Assembly (NCBI GenBank): GCA_051362555.1
Contig: CM120648.1
Coordinates: forward strand, 3,220,587-3,284,586
Reading direction: 5' to 3'
Length of the DNA: 64,000 nucleotides
From: Lingula anatina
Taxonomy: Eukaryota; Animalia; Brachiopoda
Made by a program: the position numbers and the translations under genes. This document shows, piece after piece, positions 1-13,677 of this stretch. Under the pieces are notes generated by a model. It was not told where the DNA came from. It searched no databases and saw only the letters and a program-made list of their open reading frames with translations. The number at the start of each line of letters is the position of its first letter. The stretch's first letter is position 1.

Positions 1-1734
1 AAAGGCCAGTCTTACTATGGAGCATACAAACAGTATGAGAAATGGGAGAAGTTCATCAATCACATCAAGACATTAGTTCTTCCCAAAGACTCTCCACTGA
101 AAAACATGTATCAGACGTCCGAATTCTGGACCAAGGTGAGCCCATTTTACTGATTTAAAAATATGTTCTATTTTTAAGGAAATTGTAAAGTTTCTTTCAT
201 GACATAATTAAGCCCAATCAAACCAGTTACATATTTCATTCAGTCTAATTATAATGTATTTTGACTAGAATGATTTGTCAAGTTTATCATTTCAACAAGA
301 AGGGCAAATGTTTTGCCTTGTAATAGAGATATAACTTTTGTGCACTCTCTCTTTTAATACAAATCCCCCTCTCTTTTAATGCAATTTCCAAAGAGAGCTC
401 TTAAGTGTTGAAAGTCACACGAACTTTTGGCTTTAGGTATTCATGGAGCGTGTTGCAGTTGGGAGCGCCATCTATGGTCTGGTTCTGTCCATGTTGATAT
501 GTATTGCTGCGGTGGCCGTTTTCACGGGACATGTTCTGTTGCTTCTCATCATTTGTCTTACGATATCTGGTAAGCTGGTAATTGTTTTTAAATTAGTGAT
601 TTTCTTTTTGTGAGAATTCAGATTAAATGAAAAAAAAATAATAAAGGCAGTTCATTTGTTATCCTGAAGAAAATTATATTGATTAGTGTGATTCATTAAA
701 CGAACCACTGTACTATGTCTTATAGACTCTTTTAGAGGGAATTGAGGCATCTAATTATATGCACCTCTTAGGAGGGGGTGAGGAAGTGAAAAAAACGGAA
801 GTTAAGATGAGAGCACATACCCTCTGTGCCTCCCCCTTCCCTCCTCTCCCCCTGCCCCAGACCTACCACTTAAGACTTCTGAAAATACATTTTTGTTTCT
901 GTTCCAGGTGTTATTCTCCTTGTGGTCTCTGTGTTTTACCTGTCTGGGTGGGAGCTGGGGGCAGTGGAGGCAGTCTCTCTGTCCATCCTGGTGGGCTCCT
1001 CAGTGGACTACTGTGTCCATTTGGTGGAAGGATATCTGCTGGCTGGTATCCACCCACCACACAATATAAGAGAGGTATGCATATATTTATGGTTGGATTT
1101 TTCCCATGTGTAAGTTATTTTGATGGGTTATGTGTGTATATGTTTAATAGAGAATGGACTTTGGTAGAAGGCTAGATTCGTCTATGTTACCAAGAGGAAT
1201 TCAAAACTTTTAAATCAGTAGAATTTTTTGTTCCATTCCCTAAACACTTCAGAGTGTCTTGATTGATTTTTACATGCCATTACATACTTGTTCAATTAGT
1301 GTTTCATTCTTGATGCTTCACTCTGAAATATGTTGTGACAGGGCATTATTGTCATATTACAGAATACCAAAAGTCTGCGACAGTGGCGAGCCAAGGTAGC
1401 AGTCAGCCATATTGGATCCTCCATCTTCAGCAGTGCCGTCACCACAATCGTGGCGGCCATCCCGCTCACCCAAACCACCATACAACCCTTTGCCAAATTT
1501 GGAGAAATTGTAGCCATTAACACCTCCGTGGCCATACTGTACACGTTTACTGCATGCACAGGGTTTTTGAGCTTATTCGGACCAGCCAAGTTCAAGAGGA
1601 ATGCGAAATCATCTCTCCTGTCCTTTGTTTGTACTGGCATTTCTATTGGCGCCATTGTCCTGGTGGCTTATTTGGTGGATAGGTTTGGTGGCGTCACCAT
1701 CCCTGGGCCAAGTGGAAAGTCCCTGTTTACTTAA
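1..1734 (+). CDS. DISP3: Dispatched-3 / patched domain-containing protein 2 (RND/SSD family), 3' coding exons; 5' part lies outside the window
   Basis: GT-AG exons <1-135, 437-569, 908-1074 and 1363-1734 (TAA) join in frame: ...SEFWTK|VFMERVAVGSAIYGLVLSMLICIAAVAVFTGH...|...GWELGAVEAVSLSILVGSSVDYCVHLVEGYLLAG...|NTKSLRQWRAKVAVSHIGSSIFSSAVTT...PFAKFGEIVAINTSVAILYT. The SLSILVGSSVDYCVHLVEGY and PFAKFG motifs match my recollection of the DISP3/PTCHD2 C-terminal TM region. Confidence 0.9.
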
Positions 1735-3690
1735 TTTATGTCCTTCGCAATTCCTCAGTTTTGCGATTACTGAATTAAGTTGGGAATGGCTTCATTGTGA
1801 CAGCCTGGATTTCCATGCAAAATTGATGCCATAATATTTTTAACTGCTCTTGAGAATGTTATTGGAAAAAAAAAGTTCCAGCATTTTTATGGAACCACAT
1901 ATGTAATGGTTCAGGTTGGTGAAATTTGTTAGCGTTTACGGAAGCCAAATTTCATGGTCAAAACATTTAGCATATGCCTTTGTTGATGCATGAGGACCAT
2001 ATGTTTTGCCAAAACTGTTGACCTTAAGTCAAAGGTCACTGTCTGTCATTAGTTATCTGCACAGCTTTGCAAGTGATATACTGGAAGTAGGTTTAGCTTC
2101 CATTGTTTGTGTGTGAGTGTTATGTTTTTGTGTCTTCAAAAACACATATTTATTACCAGAGGAGTGAGATAATGTCTGATTTGGTATTGAGTAGAATTAT
2201 CTTTTGGTGCAAGTGCAATGTTGAAATCTCTAAATGTTCAGAAGAATCATGATATAGGAAGGTAATATGGTAGCATATGTGGACAGGGGAGACCATATAT
2301 TTTACACGGGTTCTCCTGCTGATGACACACGTGTTTGATTTTGGTAATTATGTGGAAAATTGCAGGAAAAAGTAGGCACTTTTATATAAATTTTCGGAAT
2401 GAAACTTTATTTGCAGTTCTTAAAATAGTTGCAAGAAATACATTGGAGTTCTAACATTGGAATTCTGTTTATGTCAATTTTTATTTTATTTTATTTATTT
2501 ATTTTTAAATTTTGTATTCTACAGAATTGTTTATCAAAATGCTAACATATTTAGAGTAAGGTAAATGTTCGCTAATTATGAGTAATTACAATATTGACAT
2601 AATATATATGTATAGGTTTACTCAGCTTTTTATATGTGGAATTAAGCATTTATGGTTGCATTTGTGTATTCATTTAACATACCCTTTTAACACATTTTTC
2701 AGAGTTGGTTGTTTTTAGATTCCTTACCATGGATTTTTAACTCCAATTAAAACTATTCAAAGTTAGTGCTCCCATTGTTTAAATGCATAGGTGACTTATT
2801 CTTATTTTTAGCCCTCCCTCAAAAATTATTTTTCATTTGCCTCGTGTTGTCTATAAACCATGATTAAAATGAATGAATCTAAAAAGATATGGAAAATTTT
2901 AACAAAATAATGGAGTATTTTGAACCAATAGATTGATGCCACTGAATTAGGCAACAGCACAATTAAGACCGTTTAGGGGCATGCACTTCCATAATATTCC
3001 TTCCATGTATTTGGCATAAAATGGTTATATATTCTCATTATATTTCTCTTTTTCAAAGATATTTCATCTTTTTTGGCCTATTGGCTTGTTTTATTATGGT
3101 GATCTTTACTTTATGTCATTTGAGGAAGGCCTATAGTGAGAGGTTCTGAAGATTGCATTGTCGCCAACGATTCTTTAATCTCGAGTGGAAAATGTAGTAG
3201 CAGAGAGAAAAAGTGTAACCTACTTTTCTCTGTCCCTTTTAGAATTGAAGAGTATACATAATACTTTACAATATATTTGACTTTGGTCTGTACTTGTCCA
3301 CATTGAGAGATTCATACATGTAGATCTTCTCTTGTACATGTTATTTACGAGTTCCCTTCCTGCTGTTCAGTTGGTTGACCATGTGAACAGTGAGATCTTG
3401 GTTTAGGTGGCTCTCTAATGTTATAGAAAGGAAGTTAAAAAGGCAATCTCTTAAAGTGCACTGAAACAGAATGCGTTGAAAATAAAATGCAGCAGTGGAT
3501 GGGAGGACCTTACTATACTGAGACATTTTAGCATGCAATTTTATTGTACGCACATATTTTTTAGTGGAAATTAGTTGCCATCTTTTAATACATTCAAGCA
3601 TGGAAGTGATACACAGTTTATGAAGGAACTAAGGTCCATTGAAAGGAAGCGGAGGTCTTTACTTTAGAACTGAAAATATTAATTACCATA

Positions 3691-3812
3691 TAGGTTTTTA
3701 CTCGATCTTTCCATTGGGCAAAAATTATAAAACTTTCAGATACAGAAATCATTAAAATATAGAATCATTAAAATTCACAAATTCCCCTATTGAAAAGATC
3801 GAGTTATTACCC
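3691..3812. mobile_element. Small MITE-like inverted-repeat element downstream of the DISP3 stop (probable 3' UTR)
   Basis: Imperfect terminal inverted repeats: aggttttta-ctcgatctttcca at the left, tgaaaagatcgag-ttattaccct at the right. Confidence 0.45.
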
Positions 3813-3999
3813 TACTTCATCTTAGGTACATCCAGTAGTATTTCTGTGAAAAGAGTTTATTTATTTATTTATTTATTTATTTTTATTTTGTGTGTGAAAG
3901 ATGTCCATTATTCTCATTAGTTTAGCAAACCAGTACTGGTCACCATGGGCTGTCAGTTTTTCAGTGAAAAGAGTTGTGGCTTTTTTTTTCATTTTATTT

Positions 4000-4036
<37 letters not shown>

Positions 4037-4772
4037 TTTATTTATTTTTTTCTTTTATGAACCAGGAGCAAGAACGAAGCAGTCACTGTGAAATGGCATC
4101 AGAAGCATTGGGCATTTTGTACACCTGTTTATGGACAACGATATGTAATGCTGTTGGTATCTTTTATTATATTTGTTTGAAGCAGTTTGCTTTGTGGATA
4201 TGAGTACTGATAGTTTATTGAGCATTTTGGAACATTTATATGTATTTATATTAAAGGTGGACACTACATATAGCATGCAGTGATTTTGATAAGTTATGTA
4301 AGTGCATTTTGTGCTACCGTATTCATAATCTCACCTAGGATATTGGCTGTAACATGGCTCACAAGGCAAATTAAGCTTGGATTTTAACTTAAACTGAGGT
4401 AAAAAAAAGTGAGTGTATAGATTTCTTTCACTTAACATTGCTTGGTCTAAGTGATATACTGGAACTGAGTGCACTGATTAGCAGTGCAGGAAACAGGAAA
4501 ATAAATTTATGTATGAAGGATGAAAGTTTCTGGTTGTGTATTTACACTTCTGCCTTTATTTTTGTTTAAAAAACTGTTGCTAACTTTTCCAAAACTACAC
4601 GAAAGTTTTAGCTCCCACTATAGATATAGTCCATTTATGTCCAGCTGATAGAAAATATTTCAATTCGGTGTGGATTGAAAAAGCCTTCTCAGACCATGTT
4701 TTAACTAGGCATAATAATTTTCGTCTTATTTTATATAATTACAAACAAATAACAACTGACCAGATTGGGGAG

Positions 4773-4818
<46 letters not shown>

Positions 4819-5144
4819 GCAGTTTACTTCACTTTCAGTTAATCCTCAAATATTTCAACTTGACAGTATGAGTAATATATTGTCCGACATAAGCCAACTT
4901 TGGGAAAGGCACTGTCCGTGTTTTTGAACATCTTGTCTTAGGCCGCTTTCAGAACGGTTTCTGCAGGCCTCTCGCGTGTGGTAGGCCGGGAGACCATTAT
5001 GGGATTAAGCAGCATCGCTTCCAAGTGTGACCGGCCATTTTTGATCTACGGACCAGTTTGTCTGCGGATCATCTGTTGTGAATGCGACCTGCGACGGCTA
5101 GGTTCAATGTTCAAACTGCTTTTTTTAACACTTAAAAGTGTTTT

Positions 5145-7284
5145 CTACGGGTTGAATACCGATGTTGCCTGTCTCTTGACGGCCGCACGGTCAATCTTTC
5201 CTGTGCTCAATTTTGGGATTTCACCAACGACCAGGAAATACTTTGGGGCCAAAGAAAAGCCGTCTGGTCCCGGCGGGAATCTTTCTGAGCACCAAGAACG
5301 CAATGCACTTAGAAAATCCTCTTCGGATGCTGCCTTGGCGCTATCTTCACCGGCGCGGACAACACATGCACAAATCTCTTCAAACAGACGCTCATCGCGA
5401 ATTCCAACGACGCAGACTTGCTGAATAGCAGGATTACGAGAAAGGGTGAGTTCTATCTCTGCCGGGAAGACTTTAACTGTAGCGTGCTTAATGAACATCT
5501 TCTCTGAATCCCGACCCACAATTCGAACGCGGCCTCCAGCGCCCATAACACCCAGGTCCCCAGTTAAGTACCACCGGCTGGGAGTGATCGCCAGCACCGT
5601 TTTGCTTGGTTCATTCAGATACCCCAGGAACACCATAGGACCTCTAACACAGACTTCTCCAACTTCTCCTATCGGCACCAGACTCCCGTCCTCGGCTGAC
5701 ACCTTGACTTCTACATGAGGACAGCCGAACATACACCCGAACAGCCCGTCGTGCAAGTCCTGTGGTGAGCTAGCTTGGGAAAGGACTACCATACTCTCCG
5801 TGGACCCGTATAGCTGAACAAAGGTCACATGTGGGATCTTAGTGAACATTCTAGCGGGGAGAGATTCTGGAAGAGGCTCTCCGCCACTCAGTACGTACCG
5901 CAGAGCACGCAGATCTTGCCGTGTGACGTCACCGGTAGACGTCACTAAATCGTACAAAATGTACGGCGACAGGTACGCATGCGTACATTTCTCTTCCGCT
6001 ATCACATTTATCACTGCGTCGACTTCAGAGTCTTTCGCTGACGCCCTGGAGTCAATACTGATGTGGGTGACGCCACAAACTGCTGCAACATTGATGGCCA
6101 TTCCCATAGCGCCCACCCAAGAAAATGGGCGATTGTTGAATAATCTGTAATAAGAGACATGTCTCTTGTTATTCAAATAAAGAATCAAAAATCAAATCTC
6201 TTTCGCTTTGGGGATTGGTAGAGGATTACAAGGCTTTTAAGCGGGATTGGTTTGGAAACATAAAATCCACTTGTTATAAGACACGTGCTTATTAATACAT
6301 AGTTTTCACTTGCTATTCAGTATGGGGGTGTATTAATTTTAAAGATAACCAGATATCATCGTATAGCGCAAAACTCAGTAAATGGAAAATTGATTGCGTT
6401 AAAGATGATCGACTCAAAGGAGTTCTTCGCAATTTTTTTTTCTTTTTTTACCAAACTATGGTTTTAATTTTCTTTTCCCCATGGACACTTGCTTAAGATT
6501 TTAGTATTGTAAAATAAGCGTCTTTTTTACAATATAGACTTCAGTTTTGGCTACACTGACCTACTACTGTCTGTCAGTCTGTGAGCAGCATACGCTGTTA
6601 GAGTTGCCTGTACAAACTGGAAGTGATTGACCTGGACCGCTTTAGGATTCCCCGTGCTCCCTGACGTCATGAATGCCAGCAGAGCATCTTCCATCTGAAT
6701 CTTGGTCTGGAGCGCCAGTACCCTTGCCTTCTCCTCCTCACTCACCTCACAGCGCGCGAGGTCACAGTAGCGGTGCACTTCGTGGCTGCTGCTTGTGACG
6801 TCACCTAGGGTGATGAAGATCACGTGCTGCTCGTATGACGCAGGGTCTGTTGAATCCTGACGCAATTGATACGGGTCTTCTTGGCCAGCGCTTAGTTGAT
6901 AGATCAACGCGTTGCAGCGATATTTTTTCATGGTTTCATCAATCTCCTGCGAAGTGGTACCATACTTCAGTAGAATGACGTTAACGCCTAGTCGTGCCAG
7001 AGCCATCACGATGACAACATAGTCCAGAGAGTTAGGAGCAACCAGGAGGGCACGGCGCTCCTGTGACCGTGTTCCAAGCCGCAAGAATACCGCCGCCAGG
7101 TGTAGCGATTTCTCGCGCCACTGCCCAAATGACAACGATCGTCTGCAGGCGGCATTTTCCCAGAAAACTAAAGCTTCGCGGTCCGGGTGTTTCTGTGCCT
7201 GCCCGTCCAGTTGGTCAGGGAAAGAGACATGGCTGAAGGGGGTCTGTCCGGGCACATGGACATAGCTTTTGGATACTTGATTTT
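5145..7284 (-). CDS. Acyl-CoA synthetase / AMP-binding enzyme (ANL superfamily, ACSF2-like); start exon not located
   Basis: Exons 7284-6561 and 6144-5145 (TAG) join in frame at DSS-R|LFNNRPFSW with GT-AG. Motifs: P-loop FMTSGSTGNPKAV, SGGEPL, LYGSTE, TGDLG, GR..., PAEIE, PKLSTGKIDR. A phase-1 acceptor (tttcag) just above 7284 implies an upstream exon. Confidence 0.9.
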
Positions 7285-7392
7285 CTGAAATAATTGTGAT
7301 ATTTTTAACATTCATTACATTTCACCAGATGTTGATTATATTTTTCAATCTTTTATTTATCAATTTCCTGTTGTACACTTTACTTTACTTTA

Positions 7393-7458
7393 TATAATAT
7401 AATATAATATAATATAATATAATATAATATAATATAATATAATATAATATAATATATA
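7393..7458. repeat. (ATAAT)n pentanucleotide microsatellite
   Basis: About 13 perfect ATAAT units. Confidence 0.95.
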
Positions 7459-8621
7459 ACTAAGCATAGTATAATAGTTTTTTAAAGAGCATATTTTAAT
7501 AACAGAAATGGTAACATACGGTTCGCCAGTTTCTCCATACCATAACCTGTATACGGACTTACGGCAAATAAAGCGAATTACAACGTCAGCAATAATGGAT
7601 TAACAGGGGAGACACAGCGGGCTGCGTGACCCGCCATGTCCCCCCTAGTTTAGAAAGTACTCCTTTCACCCTTCATAGCGTTTTATAGGAAGCTAATAAG
7701 AGAAAATACCAAGCAATTCTTCCATCCATGTTCTTTACACAATAAAGTAAAAGCATTTTTATGTGCTGTTTTATATTTCTCATCCCTTCTCCCCCAACCA
7801 CCCAACTTAAGCAAAATCGTGAGTTTAATTTATGGGACTTTTCCAGCTGTTAGTTGGCCTTGATATACTTCATGGTCTCCTTACTGCAATGTCAACACTT
7901 AAATTCGTGAGAGCATTATATAGGAGCGGCGAACTGTCTAGGTATTTCAGTGCACCAGTTGATGATTGGAATTTTTGCCATCTACTAGTATTTTCCTTTT
8001 GCCCAACGTCATTTTTTAGCAATTAAAATGTTGGCCATTAGGTAGATGGGTCAGACAGGTAGATATTTTATTTATTCAGTATTGTGAGCAGAAACACAAT
8101 AAATAAAGAAAAAACGTGTTTTTCTTATTCGAAATATCAGCCTCTTAAAAAAATGATTGTAAAAACGATCGGGTATAATAGCGGATGCTGATCTGCGACC
8201 TTCGAAAGCAATTATTGTCTGACCTCTGATGGATACGTGAACACTGGTCGATCCACCACACCTAGGTCTTTTGTTTTCGACATCCAACCAGACGTCATCA
8301 AGATGTTCGCACTGGATATGTGACATCTACACCTGTGGCTTTATCAGTAACGGTCCCGCAATACACGTTTTTTTTTTTTTTTTTTTTTTGTGTCTGTGTT
8401 TACAGACTTAAAATGTCCATGGTATGGTTGGAGAACAGTGGCCGTTTCTCACCCCTCTCTAAAATTATCCAAAAGACGTTGTGACGTGTAAGGTCAGATG
8501 GAGTACGTTTTGGTTAAAGATCGACCTCCGCTTTATCACAAATGAAGAAATATTGTAAATACGCGAACAACCGCTCTGTGAAACTCTATCTTTTTATATG
8601 ATCTGCGGATAAGATATGGCA

Positions 8622-8740
8622 CACCATCTTGACAGCTTGTCGAATAATCCCCTAATAGATACACTGAATAGACTGCCCGCGGGGATTTAAATGCAAGCTT
8701 TGGTCGGACATATTGATCTGTGGATCTATTAGTCCGCGGA
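8622..8740 (-). mobile_element. Diverged partial copy of the 10165-10357 element
   Basis: Reverse complement gcggactaatagatccacagatcaatatgtccgacc...tcccc...tctattcagtgt aligns by eye with 10180-10300. Confidence 0.5.
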
Positions 8741-9985
8741 AAAACTCTGTCGTGAATGCTCTATGAGGGGTAGGGGTTAAGGGAGGGCGGAAAAACACCA
8801 GACATTGTAAAAAAATATTTTTCAGGTAAAGATGCTGAAATCGTTAATGAAATCGATCGCACATGATTATCCATGATATAGGCCTGCTAATATTTCACGC
8901 CCTATAGCCGTCGTGTTCAGCTGTGCTACCAGGCCTTGACAGCCGTCCACTATGTCACCCACAAAACCATGAAACTCCAGTACCACGGAACATTATCTAT
9001 TTCTAACAGACTTTATGTATCTTCCAATTAGTTTATTATTGTTTAAGATTTATTCCTTTGATTTAAAGTCAACGAGACAACATTAAACTGATTCAAGAAG
9101 TTACAAGACCAACGAATGAGCACTCAACGCATGTGAAAAAAATCATTTATTTTGAATGAAATCAAGGTATTGTCCCCCGCCTTTACTGTTATTTTATTCT
9201 TTAAGCACAAGTGAATTTTATTGCTTTAAAGCTTACAATTTAACAAAAGCTGGCATTGGGTTCAGCAATTTTGCAGAGAAAACTCCCACCTCGTAATTCT
9301 GTGAACGGTTCTTGAAATGCTACAATGTGAACATTGGTGATAACGGGGGCGTGTTAAAATATTTAAAAAATAAGATTAAGTTTTTTTTTTATTTCTAACG
9401 TTCAATGGGTACACTTAAACACATAAAATAAGTCCTAGAGCCCACGCCCAATGAAATTATCGTTCTGTGTAGATCGCTCCAACTCCATGGGGGACTCTCG
9501 CTGAATGCATACAATATACAGATTAATACGCCTCCTGGCGTAGAATAGAATACAGAAATGCTTGTGATTATACAAGTACATCTATAATCTTGAGAGCATT
9601 GGAAACAAGAGGAGGTCACGTGGTCTGATGGCAAGCACGGACTCTAGAATAATTGCAATAACCGCCGTTTTGGTAGTAAAATACAATTTATTTTATTACT
9701 ATGAGTTGTTTACAATGTGTTGATTATGAAATAGCGATCACATACGAATACGTTTTATCTCTTTAATCATTAATGGAACTCTATAGATTGGACGATACAA
9801 AGAATGGCATTTATTGAATTATGCTCAAAGTACACTGGAGGTCAAATATTGTTTTATTTATCAATGTATGGAGAAAGTGTGCATGTCAGAAGCATTGTCG
9901 TCACATTTAATCCCAATAGCTTCCAGGCTTTTTCGATATTTTCATTTCCTCAGCTGTTCTTGATATTAATCGATCTTTAGTTCCA

Positions 9986-9988
<3 letters not shown>

Positions 9989-10054
<66 letters not shown>
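9989..10054. repeat. (CT)n(CA)n compound microsatellite
   Basis: Direct reading. Confidence 0.95.
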
Positions 10055-10055
<1 letters not shown>

Positions 10056-10164
10056 AGGTTGGTGGTTGGCGGTGGTCGCAATAAATTCAGTCAAATGGTT
10101 AATCGATGATGAAGTACTTACAGGGTTGAGTACTGACCTGATTATCGGGACACTTGGCACATAC

Positions 10165-10357
10165 AGCGCATTCAGCACAGCGGACTAACAGATCCGCGGA
10201 TCAAATATGGCCGACCCACTTGAATGCTTGTTGCTTAATCCCCACGGATTACGGGGAATCTATTTAGTGTTTAATCTGGAATTAGGCGGCAAGCTTTTCA
10301 TTGGGTCTCCATATTTGACCCGCGGATCTGTTAGTCCGCTGTTCTGAATGCGGTCTA
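10165..10357. mobile_element. MITE-like element with about 45-bp terminal inverted repeats
   Basis: cgcattcagcacagcggactaacagatccgcggatcaaatatgg is the near-perfect reverse complement of ccatatttgacccgcggatctgttagtccgctgttctgaatgcg. Confidence 0.7.
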
Positions 10358-10373
10358 TATAGTTGTTCACATA

Positions 10374-10598
10374 GGGTGTATTCCCAGAGCTTTAGATCGA
10401 CCCAGAGATTAAGATTTGAATCGACCTAACTTCCTGGGGGTTCACGCTAAATTGCAGTCAGCCGAGCGCGCACCATAGTTAATTACCCCCTTACAGCTTT
10501 CAGTAGGCGGGACAGACGCTTAAGCCGGCTAAGCTGACAGTAATCTAGTGAGACTCCCCACAGGGATAGATCGATCTAAAATCTATGGAAATGGGGTC
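10374..10598. mobile_element. MITE family A, copy 1 (others at 14269-14422 and 52548-52790)
   Basis: TIR-like ends ttccc...tttagatcga / tcgatctaaa...ggaa and a shared internal block (gtgacagac.cttaagccgg...tagtgagactcccca.ggggatagatcgatc). Confidence 0.7.
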
Positions 10599-11028
10599 AT
10601 AGACCAGGCAAAACTCATTGATTAGATAACAAGCGCAAGCGAGCCTTATTTTTAGGTAATCTGGATGATTTTCGCATCTATTTTAAATGACTATCAAATG
10701 AATTATTTACATTGCAAAAGTCTATATTACAGGAATAAAGTTTGTCAATAGTCTCTGTTTTACCTGTTATTGTTTTTTATTACGCCAATAAGTCGGCGTG
10801 GCAAATATCAATAATCTCTTTATTTTTTGGTTCAAGTACATAATGATTTTTTCTATGGCTCAGTTTACCGTAGGGATATTGAACAAATGTTCGGTTTATT
10901 TTCAAATATCTGAAATGGCAGTATGTGGCAGGCTGCATGAAAGGGTATGTCTAAAGTTATCCTCGCTTTATATTTAGGACGTGCCATTCTTGTTGGGTAG
11001 TTTACATTTTAACATCGTGAACAGTATC

Positions 11029-11859
11029 ATGGATGGAATGATTGGAATATTGGTAAGTTAAAAGGAAATGGTTGTGGACACATTAAAGGTAAATATCTAA
11101 TATTAAAGCATTTATGAATCTTGTTGTTAAGGTAGGTTTTTATATTATAAGGGCGTTGTTGTCGATCCCTTGACGTTTTGAGGGACGATGGGCGTACCAA
11201 AAAGCCACTGCCCTGCATTGCAATTCTTGCTGTACTTAAATGAAAAATCTATCAAATCACTGTGTATTTTACTAAAACTATGTCTAAAAGAATTTTTATT
11301 CAATCTTTTTATGCAATCATCAACGAATATTAAAATTGTTTACCTCCAATATTTCCATGTCTGCCTAGAGCATCTTCATCAGAGAGAGGGGTTATCCAGC
11401 TACAAAAAGACATTCATTTATTTTTACATCTCAAAACATTTTGCATTTTGAAGTAAAGAAATAGAAAAGCTTTAAACATAGATGCACTTGATCGAGATTT
11501 CAGTGGTCTGATTTAACGCGTCACACAATTTTAAGAGAGAGTTTTCATGCATTTGAACATAGATCCATAATGAGACTGATTTTGACATAAAACATAGAAC
11601 AGTGTCAGAGTGACAGCCTCTGTTGAGAGGTAGATGTAGTCGTTTGGTAGACAGAGTGATCTGGTTCTGGGTCTTTTTATAAATTATATCAACAATGGGA
11701 TTGTGTCTTTTACGACATGTTTTAAAAAATGTCCAATTCTTAAAACCTTGCGTTTGATAACAATATCGATGATGATGATGATGGTGATGAGATCGTTGCC
11801 GTAAACAGCTGTTTTCTCTTTCCAGGTACTTTTCATCATACTGTTGACGCTTACCCCGG
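11029..11859 (+). CDS. Paralog A signal-peptide exons (11029-11052, 11826-11859)
   Basis: MDGMIGIL|VLFIILLTLTP, strong gtaagt donors; conserved in paralog B as MEGMIEIL|VLFIILMTLSS. Confidence 0.7.
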
Positions 11860-13634
11860 GTAAGTAGCCTTCTCGGACTGATCATGTATGTTTTTGAATA
11901 TTTTATTTTATGTGAATGGTATATTTAACCTAGGTCCCAGACCACAAGGACAGTAAGATAAAATAAGAAGTAAATTAAAAACTGGTGTTAAATATTACGT
12001 TTATGTGCAGAATTCTGAATGGGTGGATAATGAGCATTTGACAAAAATGAAAATAACAGTGAAACTTTAATTTGTTCGTCCACTGAATTATGAAATTGTA
12101 TCTCGTGGTGTTATGCCGTGAGGGTAAAGGAAGGGCAAATTGCATCGACTGTGATCGGCGACCACTGCATGAATACTTTACCCTAATTGCATGCTCCCAG
12201 GTGGCTGCTTTTGCCTTCGTTGGTTTGCTAGTCCACAGTCTAACTAAAAAAGTCATGGGCAGGTTTGAATGAAATTTTCCGGATATTAGTACGTCAGAAA
12301 ACAGCTAACTTAGACTCGCTTAGATTTTGGTAGTTATCCATTGGTTTATAGATTAGTTAATTCAATTTATTTCTGTACTGGTGTATAGATTATCATGACG
12401 TTGTAGAATAAAATGCAATAATAATACAATTGGTGCAATACCGTTAATGATGAGTATTGAGCTGCTTGGTGGAGGTCTGGGTTCCCTTAGTGCTTTTCTA
12501 GTCTTACATGAGCTCAGTGTAAAAGAAAAAAAAAACGAATGCGAGGACACGAACTTTGGGCTCATTTCCAACGAAGGAGGCCAACTTTGGGATCGTTCCC
12601 AATGAAACCATCGTTCTACATAGATCGATGCAACTCTGCAGGAACTCTCGCTGAATGCAATCAGGCTGATAAGCAGAATGGACAAAGTGGGTGACCACTT
12701 TGCGGTAGATAATTAAGAAGAGTACTCCCATATAAAGATTTAATATAATTGAGTACTTTTCCCCAAATGTCCAAAAGAATCTTATTTTCACTCACATAAA
12801 GAGAAAGGGTGTCCGATGTCTTTTTTCAGTTCATTCAAAAACCTCCCCACGCTCAACACTATAAGTCTGTGTTGGATATATACTCGTTTTTGTAACTTTC
12901 GCTTTTGCCATGGTGTACTTCTGCTATATGATGGTTATCAAAGACTAAAGTTTTCTTGATACGGTCATTTTCCTTCGTATACCTTTGTTACATGTATGTC
13001 AGTACAATTGACGCAATGAATTATTATCTTTTTACATTTTGTCTATGAGTAACGATGTTGGGAACAGATTTTAAAACACTTTATACTGTAATTAAAGGAA
13101 CACAATTCCAACAGGATAGATACTTTGTATTATTTCAGAGAAAAATATCTATACTGTATATTATTGTTTGTCCTATCAGTTTCTAAAGGCAACGAAAAAT
13201 AAATCGATGACTTAAGCCCTTTCCTTACATTGTCCTAGATTGAGCTGGTCGAGCATATTCAAAAGATTGTATTTATTTTTTTATTTATTTATTTATTTAT
13301 TTATTTATTGCCTTGTACAGCCACGGGTCTAAGCAGTATTCGGCTAAGTGACGTAACTGTTATAATCCCACAAATAATATTATATTTTTGCACTTTATTA
13401 ATTCTTTATTAATTAATTAATTAATTTATTTATTTATTTATTTCAGATCTGACCTCATCTAGCTGTGACAGCGGTTGGACACATAAGCCCGAGGTAGGAA
13501 AGTGCTTTAGGGCCTACGATAGCTTCCAGAGCTACCAAGGCGCCAAAACCAACTGTGAAAACGTCGGAAGCACATTGGCCATGCCAAAGACTCAAGAGTT
13601 ACACGAAGCCATGGCGTCCATACTGTATGTTTGA

Positions 13635-13677
<43 letters not shown>

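Noticed and set aside
3901-4871. Hydrophobic ORFs rich in FIYL or poly-F (similar ones at 26325-26754, 27255-27461, 46181-46399)
   Set aside because: Translations of (TTTA)n, poly-T, (TAA)n and (TG)n microsatellites.
4978-6150. Plus-strand ORFs 4978-5424, 5446-5718 and 5842-6150
   Set aside because: Antisense shadows of the acyl-CoA synthetase with no recognisable motifs.
8072-8326. Minus-strand ORF region as the first exon of the acyl-CoA synthetase
   Set aside because: Only a weak phase-1 donor is available, in another frame, and there is no homology support; left unassigned.
10915-10944. Alternative ATG exon (MAVCGRLHER|gtatgt) for paralog A
   Set aside because: The ATG and donor are not conserved in paralog B, whereas the 11029 exon is.
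9440-12665. Shared block of about 70 bp at 9440-9515 and 12595-12665 as a regulatory pair
   Set aside because: Short and diverged; most simply a dispersed repeat fragment, with no further support.
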